A DNA stretch of 64,000 nt from Klebsormidium nitens (GCA_000708835.1 DF237025.1:93667-157666); one strand, 5' to 3'. Shown: positions 14,001 to 26,826, counted from the first letter of the stretch. The notes: generated by a model not told the origin, from the sequence alone. Numbers and translations are program-made.

Positions 14001-17000
14001 AGCCGGCAAAATTTCTTCGATCGTCTCTGAGGTTTGCCGTGATGCGGCTCGTATCGTACTCCAGCAGAATCTCCCAATTGCGCCATCGCTGAATCATAAC
14101 CTGGTCGCTTACAAGCATCACTTCTGTAATAAGCCGAATTGAAAGGTGGAGTGGAGTTCCATCATCCCCTCTGCACTTGGAACCCTTCTTGTCGAGCTTG
14201 AGAGCCTTGCTTCGAGACGGAAAGCATTTTCGGTCTTCCGCAAATTTTGGGATGTGAAATAGGTCGGTCAAGCTCGAATCTCCTGTGCTTCTTTTTCCAG
14301 GTCTGGCAAACCCGCGTAGGCCAGGCGGCTGACACCGACATCCTGGCGCTGGTAGAGATCGAGCGCAACAGCCGCCACAAGTTCGAGTTCTTCATGGGCC
14401 CCGTGGGGGTGGACCAGCCAATCAGCGCCAAGACGGCATATGCCTTTGCAAAGTCCGGGGGCAAGATCTACCACGGTCTCAGCGTGTTCGAGGCGAGGAT
14501 GCGTCAGCCCAACCAGGTAAACAAGCCGCACAGGTGTTCATGTCGAGTCTCGTTGAGGACAGAAGGTGGTGGACTTGCCCAGTTTGTGCTTTCTGTTTCG
14601 GCTTGCTCTGTAATTTTAGCCGTACTGTGCGCAGAAGTGACATGCTCGCTCCCGCTTCTCTTTTCTGCTCGTTGCTAGGGCTCGTTTGTAACGTTCCTTC
14701 GATCACAAAGTCCAGGCTTTCTGTCGGTGGTCCATCCAAGCAGGAAAGTTTCCCGTTTCTCCCTTGGGTCGAATATTCAGAAAACGGCATCCAACGTTCG
14801 AGCAAACTCTGCTACCAGTAGGATGTCTCTGTGGCCCATTGACTCCACTTTATTCTGCTCTGCCCACAGGTGAAGCGCATCTTCCAGTTCCTGTCCGACC
14901 CCGACTTCTCGGACACCCGCAGCGCGCTCGACCTGTCTTTCTCGTCCGAAGCCGTCGCGGACGAGAAGATTGCGTTCCTCGCGCACCTCGCCAAGTACCT
15001 CCAAACCTCTCCAAACTTCCCGTACGAACAGGCCGCGGGGTCCGACACGTTCCGGAACCACCTCGCGACCTTCCTCCGCCTCTACTTCCGGGTTCCGCTA
15101 ACCCAGGATAACCTGGTTATCGCCCCTTCCCGGCCGGTGCTAATCGAAAACGTGATTACGATTTACGCGCCAAGGTTGGCGCTCGTTGACGCGAGTTTGA
15201 CGGCGGGCCTGCCGCGGAAGTGGCTCGCGACCGAGCCGCCAAAGGAGGGCGGGGCAAGGCAGAGTCTAGAATCGGGCCCGGTCGTGATTGAGGCGCCCTC
15301 CAGGGCGGACCTGGTTCTGAAGCTCGTCAAGGCGCTGAAGCCGGAGCTGGTGGTCGTGGCACTCCCCGAGTTCGAGGTGAGGAGCGATTCGTTGGGGTTC
15401 CGCTCATCAACGCAACCGATTTGCGCTTTCTTTACTGCCAGCTCGTACCGGCAGTGATTTTTCTTGTCAAATTAGTAAATGCCTCGACACTACAGACATG
15501 CGGACATGTCGCAGCTCTGAACCGTGTCGCCGACAGGTTGTTTGTGTGGATCTAACTGTGACAGGCGATTGCGCTTTTTGTAACAAGGTCGCATCTCAAA
15601 ATACACTTGCACGAACCTCTTTTCCTGCCTGGTAATGCGTCCCCTGTCAGCGTGCAGTCTTCCTCGTCTCCACCTTCGTTTCTCGAGTTGCCATTCCGTC
15701 CTCTTCTCACGCACCCCAGGTAGTCGGCCAAAATCTTCGAGTAGCATTTTGGACGTGACTGCTTCTTTGCAGTGAAGTCGTGGGCGATCTTTCAATTACT
15801 GCTCCTGCATATCTTTCACTCCCTTTTTTTTAAAAGCAGCGTGTCCACGATCATGCTACACGTTCAGCTCACATCAAATCCTCATCTCGCGTTGTCCAGG
15901 TTCGGACGGCGACCGCGTTCGAGCAGCTTTTGGACGCATTCACGGACGTGGGCGCCCGATTGATGGTCGACCTGAGTGACCATTCAGACCTGTCCAGTGT
16001 CCTTTAAGTTCCACCTTTGCTCCGTTTTCGAGTGCACGATCTAACGGAAACTCGTTTTGTCCAGGTTCGGACGGCGACCGCGTTCGAGCAGCTTTTGGAC
16101 GCGACTGCGGACGTGGGCGCCCGGTTGATGGTCGACTTGAGCGACCACTTGGACCTCTCCAGTCTCCCTGGGGCCAACGGCGTGCTCGAGTTTATGGCCT
16201 CGAAGCCGCTACCTGCACATGCCGCCATCATTTGCGGCCTGGTCAAGAACCAGGTGAGAGATCCTGTTTAGTGACCTGTCGAGCGTCGATGAGGCATCTC
16301 TTTGTGTTTGCATTCTTGAAGCTGACGTGCTTCGTGGCTAAATGTTCTGCATGCTTCCAATCACCCCACGCAGTTGTATTACGAGTGTCTTAGACCTGCG
16401 ACAGCCTGCGGTTTGGAAGTTGCTGAACTTGTGGAAGTTCTAACTAAGAAGTTCGGCATCTAGAAAAGCCTGTTGCCGACTTTGCAAGTGCGAATTGAGA
16501 ACAAACATATGATGACGCGCCCCGCTGACACTTTCGGACGGACTCAAACGAACTTGGACGCATTTACTTCAGGTGTACTCGGACCTCCGTGTTGCTTTCG
16601 CCATCTCCGAGAACCTCGACTTCCTGAAGGGCCTCACCTGTGCTGGCGAGCTGACCTTCAACCGATCGCCCATTTTGGCGCAGCTGTATTACCAGGTACG
16701 GATCTCCATTACAATGCCACGTTTTCCAGTAGAGTGCATTTGCAAGAGTTGACCAAGTCCAAGGCTTTGTGACGCTTGCAATGTCCTTCTTATTTTCACA
16801 AGGCTGATTTGATTAGTCTTCAGGTCACGTTGAGTACTTTTGAGCTGTGGACAGACGCAATCCGTTCAACTAGTCTCCTTGTCGCCACCACCCCAAGCTC
16901 ATTCGTGTTCTCTCTTAAAAAGCGCCAAGCCTTTCACGGAGTTGGCAACAACCCAGCTAAGCAAGCATAAGTCCTTTCATTCCCGGCAGCCCATATTTCT

Positions 17001-19449
17001 CCCCGCTCTCGTTCTCTTCAGGACCTCCTCCACGAGCTGCTCGCCTTCCAGATCCCCGACCGCCGCTCCCTCCACGTCCGGCCCCCAGCCCCTGAGTCCG
17101 ACGCCGTCCGATCCCAATTCATCGGCTTCACCGCCAGCGCCCTCCGCGCCTTTTCACACCCGTCGCTCCAGCACCTGGAGCCTCTTCCCACCCTCGAACC
17201 CGTGCCCATGAACATGGGTGAGAACCGGCTCCCGACGCCGACGCCCGTGAAGCGCTTCGCGTTCGAGAGCTTCGCCCGGCAGAACATCTCGGACGCGGAG
17301 TCGGACCCGCGGCCGGAGATTTTGGCGATCCTGCTGCAGCGGTTGGGTGCGCGCCCTGAGCACGCCTACGAGGTGCATCTCGGGGACGGAGTCGCGCCTC
17401 TAGTTGCGCGGCTGCTGGCGGCGTGCGCGGAGGAGGGCGGGACGCTCTTGTACCCCAGGTGGGCTGCCGACAAGTTTAGTTAAGCCGCCTTGATACAACT
17501 CGTTCCCTTTGAAAGCAGTCATAAAGCAAAGGGCCAGCTATGTAGCTGAAGATAGCACTCCCCCTACTTGACAATCGCTCCAGCATTGAGCCCTCAGGTA
17601 AGCATGTGACAGAGTTGAGGTCGAAACCGCCAGCTTCCGACCTTCGTAACATCAGTTCAAGTTCAAGTTGCAGACAACCAGGGTGCGAGCGGAGGTGACT
17701 CGCTGCGGCCCTCTTTACTGGTCTTCAACAGAAACTCAAGCGAAGTGAATTGAAAACTTCGCACGAACAAATCTACCTCGTTCTTCGATCCTCACCCGAG
17801 TCGTCGTTCCTTTCTTGGCAGTGGCATGTATGGAGCCCTCACTGCTACGGCTCAGCTGTACAACGCGAAGGCATCGGCGATCAAAACGGACGTCGCCGAC
17901 CTTTTCAAGCTCACCCCGGACCAACTCCGCTCAGCCCTCGCCACGCACCACCACAAACCCTGGCTCGCTCTAGTTGCCCCGACCGTGAACCCCACGGGGG
18001 CGATTTACACCCCCTTGGAGCTGCTCGAGATACTGACAGTGGCCAAGGCGCACGGCGTCAAGGTGCTTATTGACACCACCTTCTCCGGGCTGAATTTCGA
18101 GCCTGCCGTGAGCACGCCCCGGGGGCCTGGGGCTGGTGTGAACGCGGCCCTTGGGCTGGGGGCGCTTTTGGAGCCGGCGGGAGGGTATGCGGTCGCAGTG
18201 CTGGGGGGCATTGCGAAGGAGTTCTCGGCGGGTGGATTGAGGTGAGGGACTGTTTAGCCGCTTGATAGGATACATGTTCCATAGCGATTCCACATGAGTC
18301 GGCTTTCTGAAAGTGGTGCACTCTGGTAGCTGGAGGAAGCGGCCGTTCTATTTGGTTTACGACTTATCAACTCTGAAGTAGAACCACGTTACGATAGGTG
18401 GATAAGTGGGCAGAGCCACCGACGTTTTTTGTGGGCGCCTTTGCCCATGTGCTCTTCGAGAATACACCGCCGGTCGACGCCGCAAAGAAAGCGATTGCAG
18501 CTGCGAAATTGCATCTCGAGAACATTCTTCTCAATTTGGCATCAATCGCTGAACACGATTTGAGTAGGAACATCCCCGCCTCTAGACTAAGGTGTTTCTC
18601 CGGCTCTTCTTGCGCATCATTAGTTGCAGCTGACTCACTTTTGTTGCTTGCCAGGTTTGGCTACGCCGTGACGCAGGACCCTTTCCTGTCGGACGCCCTG
18701 AAACAGGGCGTTCAAAGCAGCCCCCATCAGACGCTTCTCTACGCTGCCAAGAAAATCCTGGCTGCCCGCGTGAATGCGGATGAGCCCATCACGAGCCAAT
18801 TGGCACAGCAAAGGCGGCTTCTGCAGGTGAGGTTCTCTCCCCTTGCGGAGCGCAAGTGGAAAAGTCAGTGTTGACCGTTTGGTCTCTACGTTCCTCTCTG
18901 CGGTCCTGCTGTATAAAGGCAAGCAGACTTCGATTGGCTTTTTGGTACTGGAATACAGATGCAGGCTCGATAAGCCCTGCCAACCTAATCTGAGAGGCGG
19001 CCGGCGGCTCGGGGGCTTTCTTGCAAGCTTCGCGTGCGCTTTGTCTTGGCATGTGTCGACTGCCCTTTCGGACATGCCTTGAGCTTGAGCTCGGAGTTGG
19101 AAACGGACTTCGCTGCACTTTTTTGCAGGAGCGAGTTCAGAAATTCTCCCAGCTACTGACCAAGTCCGGATGGGAGGTCCTACTTCCGCACGGGGGCCTC
19201 TTCTTGATTGCCAAGCCGGCAGCCCACCTCGGGAAACCGTTCTCATACAAGACGCCGACCGGCGTCAAGACTGTACAACTAGACGCGGACAACATCCGAG
19301 AGGCCCTGTACTATACGACCGGCATCCTAGTCAATAGCAGCTCGTGGATGAGCCTCGACAATTACTGTAGGTTCGTGCTGAGCATAGAGGAGGAGAAGTT
19401 CCAGCGGGTCGCCGGGCTCATGGAGAAGTTTGTATCGTGTAAAGAATGA
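11047..19449 (+). CDS. MMT: Methionine S-methyltransferase (SMM synthase): SAM-methyltransferase + PLP aminotransferase-like domain, 15 exons, ~1098 aa
   Basis: Exons 11047-11115, 11612-11783, 12176-12269, 12515-12623, 12885-13091, 13394-13489, 13792-13956, 14301-14516, 14870-15376, 16065-16253, 16573-16695, 17022-17458, 17822-18241, 18655-18826, 19129-19449 total 3297 nt in frame. Motifs: IFIPEEWSFTFFEG, ELGCGNGW, GLDINPRA, LDRVEFHVSDLL, GFVEDQFGLGLIARA, NMGGRPGQ, AAIICGLVKNQVYSDL, FESFARQNI. Confidence 0.97.
15720..16007 (+). repeat. Degenerate intronic copies of the acceptor + 5' end of MMT exon 10
   Basis: 15900-16007 = ccag|gttcggacggcgaccgcgttcgagcagcttttggacgc..., near-identical to the exon at 16065 and ending in an in-frame TAA. 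An older copy at ~15720-15790 reads ttcgagtagcattttggacgtgactgc. Confidence 0.88.
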
Positions 19450-20703
19450 GCACTTCCAACTTGCGGCACTTGCTCGATCATGAACACCGCCGACTGATTG
19501 GTAGAACGGAATCGCTGGCCGGAAGGAGGAGTGAACTTGATTGGAGGCTCTGGCTCGAATCTTTTATCCAGGCACTGTTGCAGGTACTTCGGAGGATATG
19601 CCCAAGAGGGCACACTTTATATTCTGTTGGCTTCGACCAACTCAACGGTGTCACTTCTCTATCCTCTGATGCACAACCCTCTGGTGTGGCAGCTTACTAT
19701 CACACATGCGACATATCATGCAGTAAGCACAAACAAATGCCGCATATCGAGGCACGAACTTACTGGTGTTTTGCGGAGTGCTGAGCATATCGACCTTCAA
19801 CTACAGCTAGGTACGGTACGGTAGTTTCGAATGCACGCCCTTCCAAATGGTGAGATTGCTCCATCCAATATCGAGCTGTTATGTTGAAAAGTGGTATGCT
19901 TCACAGTCCATAACCACGTCTAGGGCTGCCCAGAAGAATCTCAGCAAGCCATCATTGTGCGCAATCAATTTCTCAAGTCTTCGTTGTATCATGTTTTAGC
20001 CCCGGGGGCGGTTGAGTTGGAGTCGGCCCGGGCCCGGAATGGCGATCACGTTGGTGGCCCATGCATATGTGGCTACGGCGTCTGAAAAGAGAACATCACG
20101 GAAAAAAGACAACAGTGACCGATGCATGTGCAAAACCGGCCCCGCTTCTATCCAAATGAAAGGGCGACCCAAGCCCAGTTTTGCGAAGTACATCTGCCAG
20201 TGCCACCCACAGTAAAGGTTGTACTGTTTATCTCCTACTTTAGAGCAGCCGCCGACAATTGCATTGGCGATAGTACACAGCGGGGGCTAAGATACAAATC
20301 TCGTAAACCGCGGCGGCTGTGAACTTTTGACTTGGACTCCTACACGCTTCAATCGACTCCTAAACCGCATTCAAGTAGTTGCTTACGAGCTGATCCAATG
20401 CTCCGTCAGGCGCTTCCACGCGCGCGCCATATATGTAAGAAAACAGTCTAAATCCTTGCGCAACGTCGGCTCAACGGCGCAGTAGTAAAGCGATCCGCTG
20501 CCAACGGTCCGTCTTTGGGCGACTCAAACGCCGTACACATCTGGCAATTTCCGCCCCGCGTTTGGTCGCCCTTTTCAATAAGCTATCGCATCCCCGAGAC
20601 CCTTTCCTGTCCCCACACTTCTGCTCTCCTGCTCACCAACACGTACTCCGTTCCGATCTCTTACCCTCCTGAGCGCCCATCCCACCGCCGCACGCGTGTC
20701 AAT

Positions 20704-23700
20704 CTACACCATCGCCTTGGCCCCTTTTCCGTTTCCGTCCTCCACCCCCCCGGGCGTGCCCGGCTCCGTTCCGCCGATCTTCCGCTCGCCGTGCGTGGTC
20801 CGGTCGTATCCGTACCACCCGTGCACGGACTCGTCATACGTGAGGCCCTCTCCCCAGAGGGCATATGCCTCCTCCCCGTGCGCCGCGTCGTCGCCGATCT
20901 CCAGGTGCTCGTCCGACATCCGGATGGGCACGACCAGCTTCAGGAACAGCATGATGAGTGACGTCATCACGATGTTCCAGCCGACGATGAACATCGCGCC
21001 CGCGAGCTGCTTGCCGACCTGCGCCGGGGGGGAGGGGCGGTGTGACTGAGTCTGGTGGGAAGGTCCAGAAGCTTGAAAGGTTCGTTTTTCCTACATGGAA
21101 ACTATCAAAATCGTTGCAAGAAGACGAGCGCGGTCTACATCGTGATCCGCGCAGCCGGGAATAGTGGGGGTGTGAAGCAGAGTTTGCGAGTGGGCAACTA
21201 GAGGCAGAGGCAGAAAGCTTGCTCGATCGACCCACGAGAAGAAGAAGCGCCGAACAAGGACATTTTCTCCCAAAAACGTGCCTCATGGCATTCCAACATG
21301 GAGACGGGAAGATATTTCTCTCGCGGACCGTCCCCGCAACTGGCACACATCTGCACCATCTCATCCGTCAATTAAAGCACCCACTAAAGTCGGCTTCTGC
21401 GGCTACTCACCGGCGAACACATCGGCTGCGTGTTTTTCCAGAACCTCAGCACCGAAGCACATCCACGGAAAGCGACGAGGACAAGCCGAGGATCACAGAA
21501 GTAGCAAAAAAACGACATATTGGGAGACGGGAAACGAAGGACCCACCTGCCCGATTCCTCCCTGGACGAGCCCATTAGACGGCAGGCACGTCGGAAATGA
21601 CGCCGCCAGGTCGCGGTTTGTACGGATCTACCGCTTCAACACAACGGCTCGCTGTCTATCCGGATTCTCAGAAGGGATCAGCACCGAAAAGCGATGAAAT
21701 AATCTGATGGCGCATGATCATTAAGCATACTAGAGAAAAAGTATACGCGCGACGAGAAGAAGAAGATACTAACCTGCCCAATACCGCCCTGGATGAGCCC
21801 ATTCGACGGCAGATACGTCGGAAACGACGCCGCAAGATCGCGCGTCGTAAATACCCCGGTGAGGAAACCCCCCAAGATGCCGGTAACGCAGTGCGTGTGC
21901 ACCACGCCGAGCGTGTCGTCGATGTGCTTCAGGAGGGGCACTTTGCGCGCGAGCACCATCATGGTGAACCAGGGGACGGAGCCGGAGAACATGCCCTCCA
22001 CGATCGCGGCCCACCCGGGGATGAAGCCTGCGGGTTAAGAGAGGGTTAAGCGTGGGTTAGCAATGTGAACTCTTGGATGCTTCTGTGAACTTTACCGTTC
22101 GTAGTACCATTTCATTAGTCAGGGTCGAGGGTTCAGAGCNNNNNNNNNNNNNNNNNNNNNNNNNNNNNNNNNNNNNNNNNNNNNNNNNNNNNNNNNNNNN
22201 NNNNNNNNNNNNNNNNNNNNNNNNNNNNNNNNNNNNNNNNNNNNNNNNNNNNNNNNNNNNNNNNNNNNNNNNNNNNNNNNNNNNNNNNNNNNNNNNNNNN
22301 NNNNNNNNNNNNNNNNNNNNNNNNNNNNNNNNNNNNNNNNNNNNNNNNNNNNNNNNNNNNNNNNNNNNNNNNNNNNNNNNNNNNNNNNNNNNNNNNNNNN
22401 NNNNNNNNNNNNNNNNNNNNNNNNNNNNNNNNNNNNNNNNNNNNNNNNNNNNNNNNNNNNNNNNNNNNNNNNNNNNNNNNNNNNNNNNNNNNNNNNNNNN
22501 NNNNNNNNNNNNNNNNNNNNNNNNNNNNNNNNNNNNNNNNNNNNNNNNNNNNNNNNNNNNNNNNNNNNNNNNNNNNNNNNNNNNNNNNNNNNNNNNNNNN
22601 NNNNNNNNNNNNNNNNNNNNNNNNNNNNNNNNNNNNNNNNNNNNNNNNNNNNNNNNNNNNNNNNNNNNNNNNNNNNNNNNNNNNNNNNNNNNNNNNNNNN
22701 NNNNNNNNNNNNNNNNNNNNNNNNNNNNNNNNNNNNNNNNNNNNNNNNNNNNNNNNNNNNNNNNNNNNNNNNNNNNNNNNNNNNNNNNNNNNNNNNNNNN
22801 NNGGTAGATGCCCCCACTATCGCGGCCCCCCCCGGGGATGAAGCCTGCGGGTTAAGAATCAGTTAAGGGTGGGTCAGCCGGTTCGGATCTTAAGAACTCT
22901 GAGAAGACGAATCTGGTGCCACCAAGAACTTTGCAAGCAGGGGTGGAGCCGAGAATATGCCCTCCACGATCGCGGCCCACCCGGGGATGAAGCCTGCGGG
23001 TTAAAATTCAGTCAACTTAACTCGCCGGTTTGGATCTTGAAATCAGTGGGAAGACGATTCTGGTGCCACCAAGAACTTTGCCAAGCAGGGACTGAGTCGG
23101 AGGAGACGGCCTCCACAATCGCGGCCCACCCGCGGAGAAGTCTGCGGGGAAACGCGGGTTAAGGGTGAGCTAACATTTCAAATCTTCGAACGCGGTGTGA
23201 AGACGTTCTTTATGGAATCTGTTTAAATCAGGTTTGCAATTTCAGAGGCGTATCTACTATCGCGGTAAACAACCCAGGTGAAGCCTGCGGAACTGCTGGT
23301 TTTGAGAGTGGATTAGCAAATCTGGCTCAGAAAAGCGTTTGAAAAGACTTTTTCTTTGCTATGAAGTTGGGCGCCATGAATAACAACCCTTTTTCCCCAG
23401 AAGGAACAAGTACGTTAGGATTGGGTTAGCAGGTTCGAATCGAGAAAGCGTTCTTTGCACGTCGTCAGTGCCTCGATCGGGGGTTGGCGGTTCAAGCCGT
23501 AAATTGGCGGCCCACAAGAAGATGAGGCCTGCACAAAGATGACTGGCACAAAATTGTCGCCCTCGTCTTTAAGAAAGGTATGATTACACCTCTACCGTCG
23601 ACCTTCCGCTAAATGGAACCTGCCACGAAAACGAACCGCCATTGAGAAGATTTTTCTGATCGACCTTTTACAAACTTTGCCGACGGTGGACCGGGATCAC

Positions 23701-26700
23701 TGATGGACTGAGTATCAAACGAGCGCATTGCAGATTTCTTCTCTGCCGGACGTGAGACTGTACTATCGCTACGAGCAGGACAATCGCGTCCACTTTTTCT
23801 CCGAGCGTCAGTTTAACTACCAGTATAAACCGAATCAAAACTCGTCTTTAACTCTTCTCGGGAAGCAAAGGAAGAGACATCCGCCACAGACTAAACAAGG
23901 TCGCCCTCGATGTTATATAAAGGGACCCTCGAGGAGCACCTGTTTGGGAGTGCGAAGACTGGATTGTTTTGGGATTGCGTGTTTCCGTCTACACTCCGAC
24001 GGGTTTGGATTGCGAGCTGGGAGATAAAGTGTTCAAGACGCATTTCTGATAGTAAGCTGGCAGCTCCGAACATCTGACCACGAGATTGGGCACAAAATAG
24101 CTCATGACCAGTACGACCGGAAACCGACAACCTCTGGTTTTTGAGTTAGATCCCAGGTCCAGATGTGACAAGAAACGCTTTGCGGTTGGACCTTTGGCGT
24201 TGCGTGAAGAGCACAGGTGCTTCTTTTGCCTTCAGATGCCCTTATGAGTCGGAGCAAACAAACTCGCGACTCCGTTCGAAAAGCGACCGGGAAACAACCC
24301 TCTCCCGGTGGATTCTGGGCGGAATCTGCTGCTTACCGGCGCCTGGTGTGATGACAACTAGGCCGGTGATGATGCCCTGCACGGCGCCGATCACGGATGG
24401 CTTCCCGAAAAAGGCGTAGTCGAGGCACGTCCACACGAGCATGCTGGCGGCGGTGGCGAGATTGGTCTGCAAACCCAAAGTGGAAGTTAACGTCGATTTT
24501 CAAAAGGTGGTTGGTTGGTAACCAAGGTTCGTTGAGCGAGGATTGGTCAACAAAGGGGTTCTCTGATTGTGAGTTTTCTGGAAAGTCCTCGTCTGACTAA
24601 GTGAGAATTCTTAATGGAACCGGGGCTCGTTGAGCGAAGATTGGTCAAGAATGGGGTTTCATCAAACCTGGTTGAGCGCGGTGGCTGTGGTTTCATAGGG
24701 CGGCTTTGAGGTTCTTTCGGAGCTATGTCAGTCGCTTCATGAACCTCGATGTCGTCAGCCACTGCAAATAGAAACTTCATTGCTTGACGGGAAGACTTCG
24801 TCGAGCTCCTAAATAAGTCAGATAATGACTTTCGGAAAGGAAGTCAGAGTCTGAAAAAGGCTCAACAGCATGGCACCCGAAACTATTGGCGCACGAGTTA
24901 AAAACAGCCTGACTGACCGTACTTCGAGACATGATGCAGCCTACTGCACAGACGTCCAGAACAACCGACAAGCTGCGATTGACACCAGAGATGCAATATA
25001 CTCAAGCTCACGTTCAGGACGGCGATGCCGGCGTCAACGCTGGCAGTGTACGGATCTCCTCCGTTGAAGCCGTTCCAGCCGAGCCAAAGCATGCCGGCGC
25101 CCGCAAGAACGAAGATGATGTTGTTGGGGGGAAAGCGCTCGCGGTCACGCAGGAGACGGGGGCCGAGCTGCAGAATGAGGTCGAGTTAGTGGATAGAGTA
25201 ACAACAACAAGCTCGACGAAGAAGTTCACGATGTAATCAGAAACGGGTCAAGAGGGGATAACAAGAAACCCGATGACAGTACTGACAACTGGGCCCCTGA
25301 GCTTGGTAAGAGGTGGAATTCAAAATGAACAGGGTTACAGATCTTGAGGCAATGTGGACGAGTGATCAAGCTCAGCAGTTATCTTTATTCGAGGACTCCT
25401 GGTGGGGTGAACTTAATCCTGGTTAACTTGGAACTTTGCATATATGTCACTCGTCAGGGAGCCCCACTTAGCTGCCCTTTGCTGTGACAAACTGGAAGTA
25501 TCTGCGTCACAGATGTAATGCCAAATTAAGTGCTTATAAGATGTAAAAATGGCCCTCTAGTTGAAATAAAGAGACGTTTAAACGGGTTGTTGAGTCCCCG
25601 TTTCGTTTTGGTTGAAATCTGCTGTATGGATAATGTGACGACCCACTGTAATGACTGACCAATCTCAGGGCGGCCTCAGGTTTCACTCAGTCAATATTGA
25701 CCTGTGTCTTGGGCTCTCAGCATTCTGCGTTCATTTTCTTTTCTACTACTTTACATGTTAGCATAAAAGGATCTGACAAAGACCAGTATAAGCTGCTTGA
25801 GCCCCTCACTACTGCAGTAGAATTGAATCTTACGAAGCCAGTGGCGTTTTGTTTCAACCACTACATCACACAATTGAATGCATCTTAAAATTCCAAAGGA
25901 AAGGAACTATGAGTCTGGGCAGGTGCACCAGCACGCCAAGCGCTCAGCTGAGGACAGCAGCTCCTTTTCAGGCTGGCAGTTGATAGTTCTTGCTGCTAAC
26001 TTTTCTTTTACAAGTAGGTGGGAAGGCAGAAGCAGAGTGACTGAGAACTAGACAGCAGGCTGAGCTTCGGCTAAAGAGGCTTTACATGAGAGAGTCGAAG
26101 GATAAGTTTCACAATGGAAATATTTGCTGTTCCTGAATCTGTACTAACAACTTACATTGCCCCACTAGATAAAGAAGTAGAACCAGGTCGATTGAAAGCG
26201 CTTCTTACCCAGAATGCAGCGACGTAGCCCGCAGTCCCAGACGACACGTGGATGACATACCCCCCCGAGTAGTCCAGCACGCCCCACTTGAACAAGAACC
26301 CGCCCCCCCAGACAGAGAACGCGCCGACCGAGTACGAGAGCACTACCCACAGGGGCACAAACAGCATCCACGCCAGGAAGTTCATCCTCCCCAGTAGCGA
26401 CCCCGCAATCAGCGCGAGCGTGATCGCCGCAAAGACGCCCTGGAAGTAAACCATCGTCGCCATTCCGTAGGCCGCGGTGACATGTGCAGTGTACAGATCT
26501 GCCTGGACTGACTCAAAGCCCCCCCCGAGAGTTGTCCCCGGACGCCCCCAAAAGGGCAGCATGTACTTCCCGAAGGAGAAGCGGTAGCCGCAGATGGACC
26601 ACGTGAGGAGCACTGCAGAATACGCGTACATGACCATGAACGCGGAGTTGATCGCCCACTTTTTTTTGACCACCCCGCCGTACATCATCACCAGGCCCAC

Positions 26701-26826
26701 CATCGTCTGGAGCCCGACCAACGTCGCTGACGTCAGCTGCCACGAGTTGTCGCCGTTGTTGAGAAAGGAGACAGGGGTCACGGCGGCCATGTCCGGGGCC
26801 GGGGCGGGAGCCGAGACGTTGGCCAT
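20704..26826 (-). CDS. AMT2: Ammonium transporter, AMT2-type (copy 2), 5 exons, ~490 aa; intron 3 contains the assembly gap
   Basis: Exons 26826-26209, 25167-25012, 24466-24337, 22027-21774, 21018-20704. Internal exon sizes 156/130/254 nt are identical to copy 1, with the same motifs. Confidence 0.95.
21547..21627 (-). repeat. 81-nt intronic copy of the 3' end of AMT2 copy 2 exon 4, flanked by AG and GT
   Basis: Minus strand reads tag|atccgtacaaaccgcgacctggcggcgtca...ggaatcgggcag|gtgggt = [27 protein letters not shown], versus exon 4 end [26 protein letters not shown]. Confidence 0.85.
22140..22802. other. Assembly gap (663 N)
   Basis: Run of N between the real exon-4 acceptor and an array of its copies. 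Confidence 1.
22816..23532 (-). repeat. Tandem array (~143-149 nt unit) of the AMT2 copy 2 exon-4 acceptor + exon start
   Basis: Minus-strand AGs (ct on plus) at 22845, 22994, 23142, 23285, 23529, each followed by variants of gcttcatccccgggtgggccgcgat. The spacer tctggtgccaccaagaactttgc is repeated. Confidence 0.88.

Noticed and set aside
22073-22817. ORFs of 244 aa and 232 aa in the track
   Set aside because: Artefacts of translating through the N gap.
791-26826. AMT2-MMT-AMT2 as a nitrogen/sulfur metabolic gene cluster
   Set aside because: No pathway link or shared regulatory element is visible, and unrelated genes intervene. Local inverted duplication is enough to explain it.
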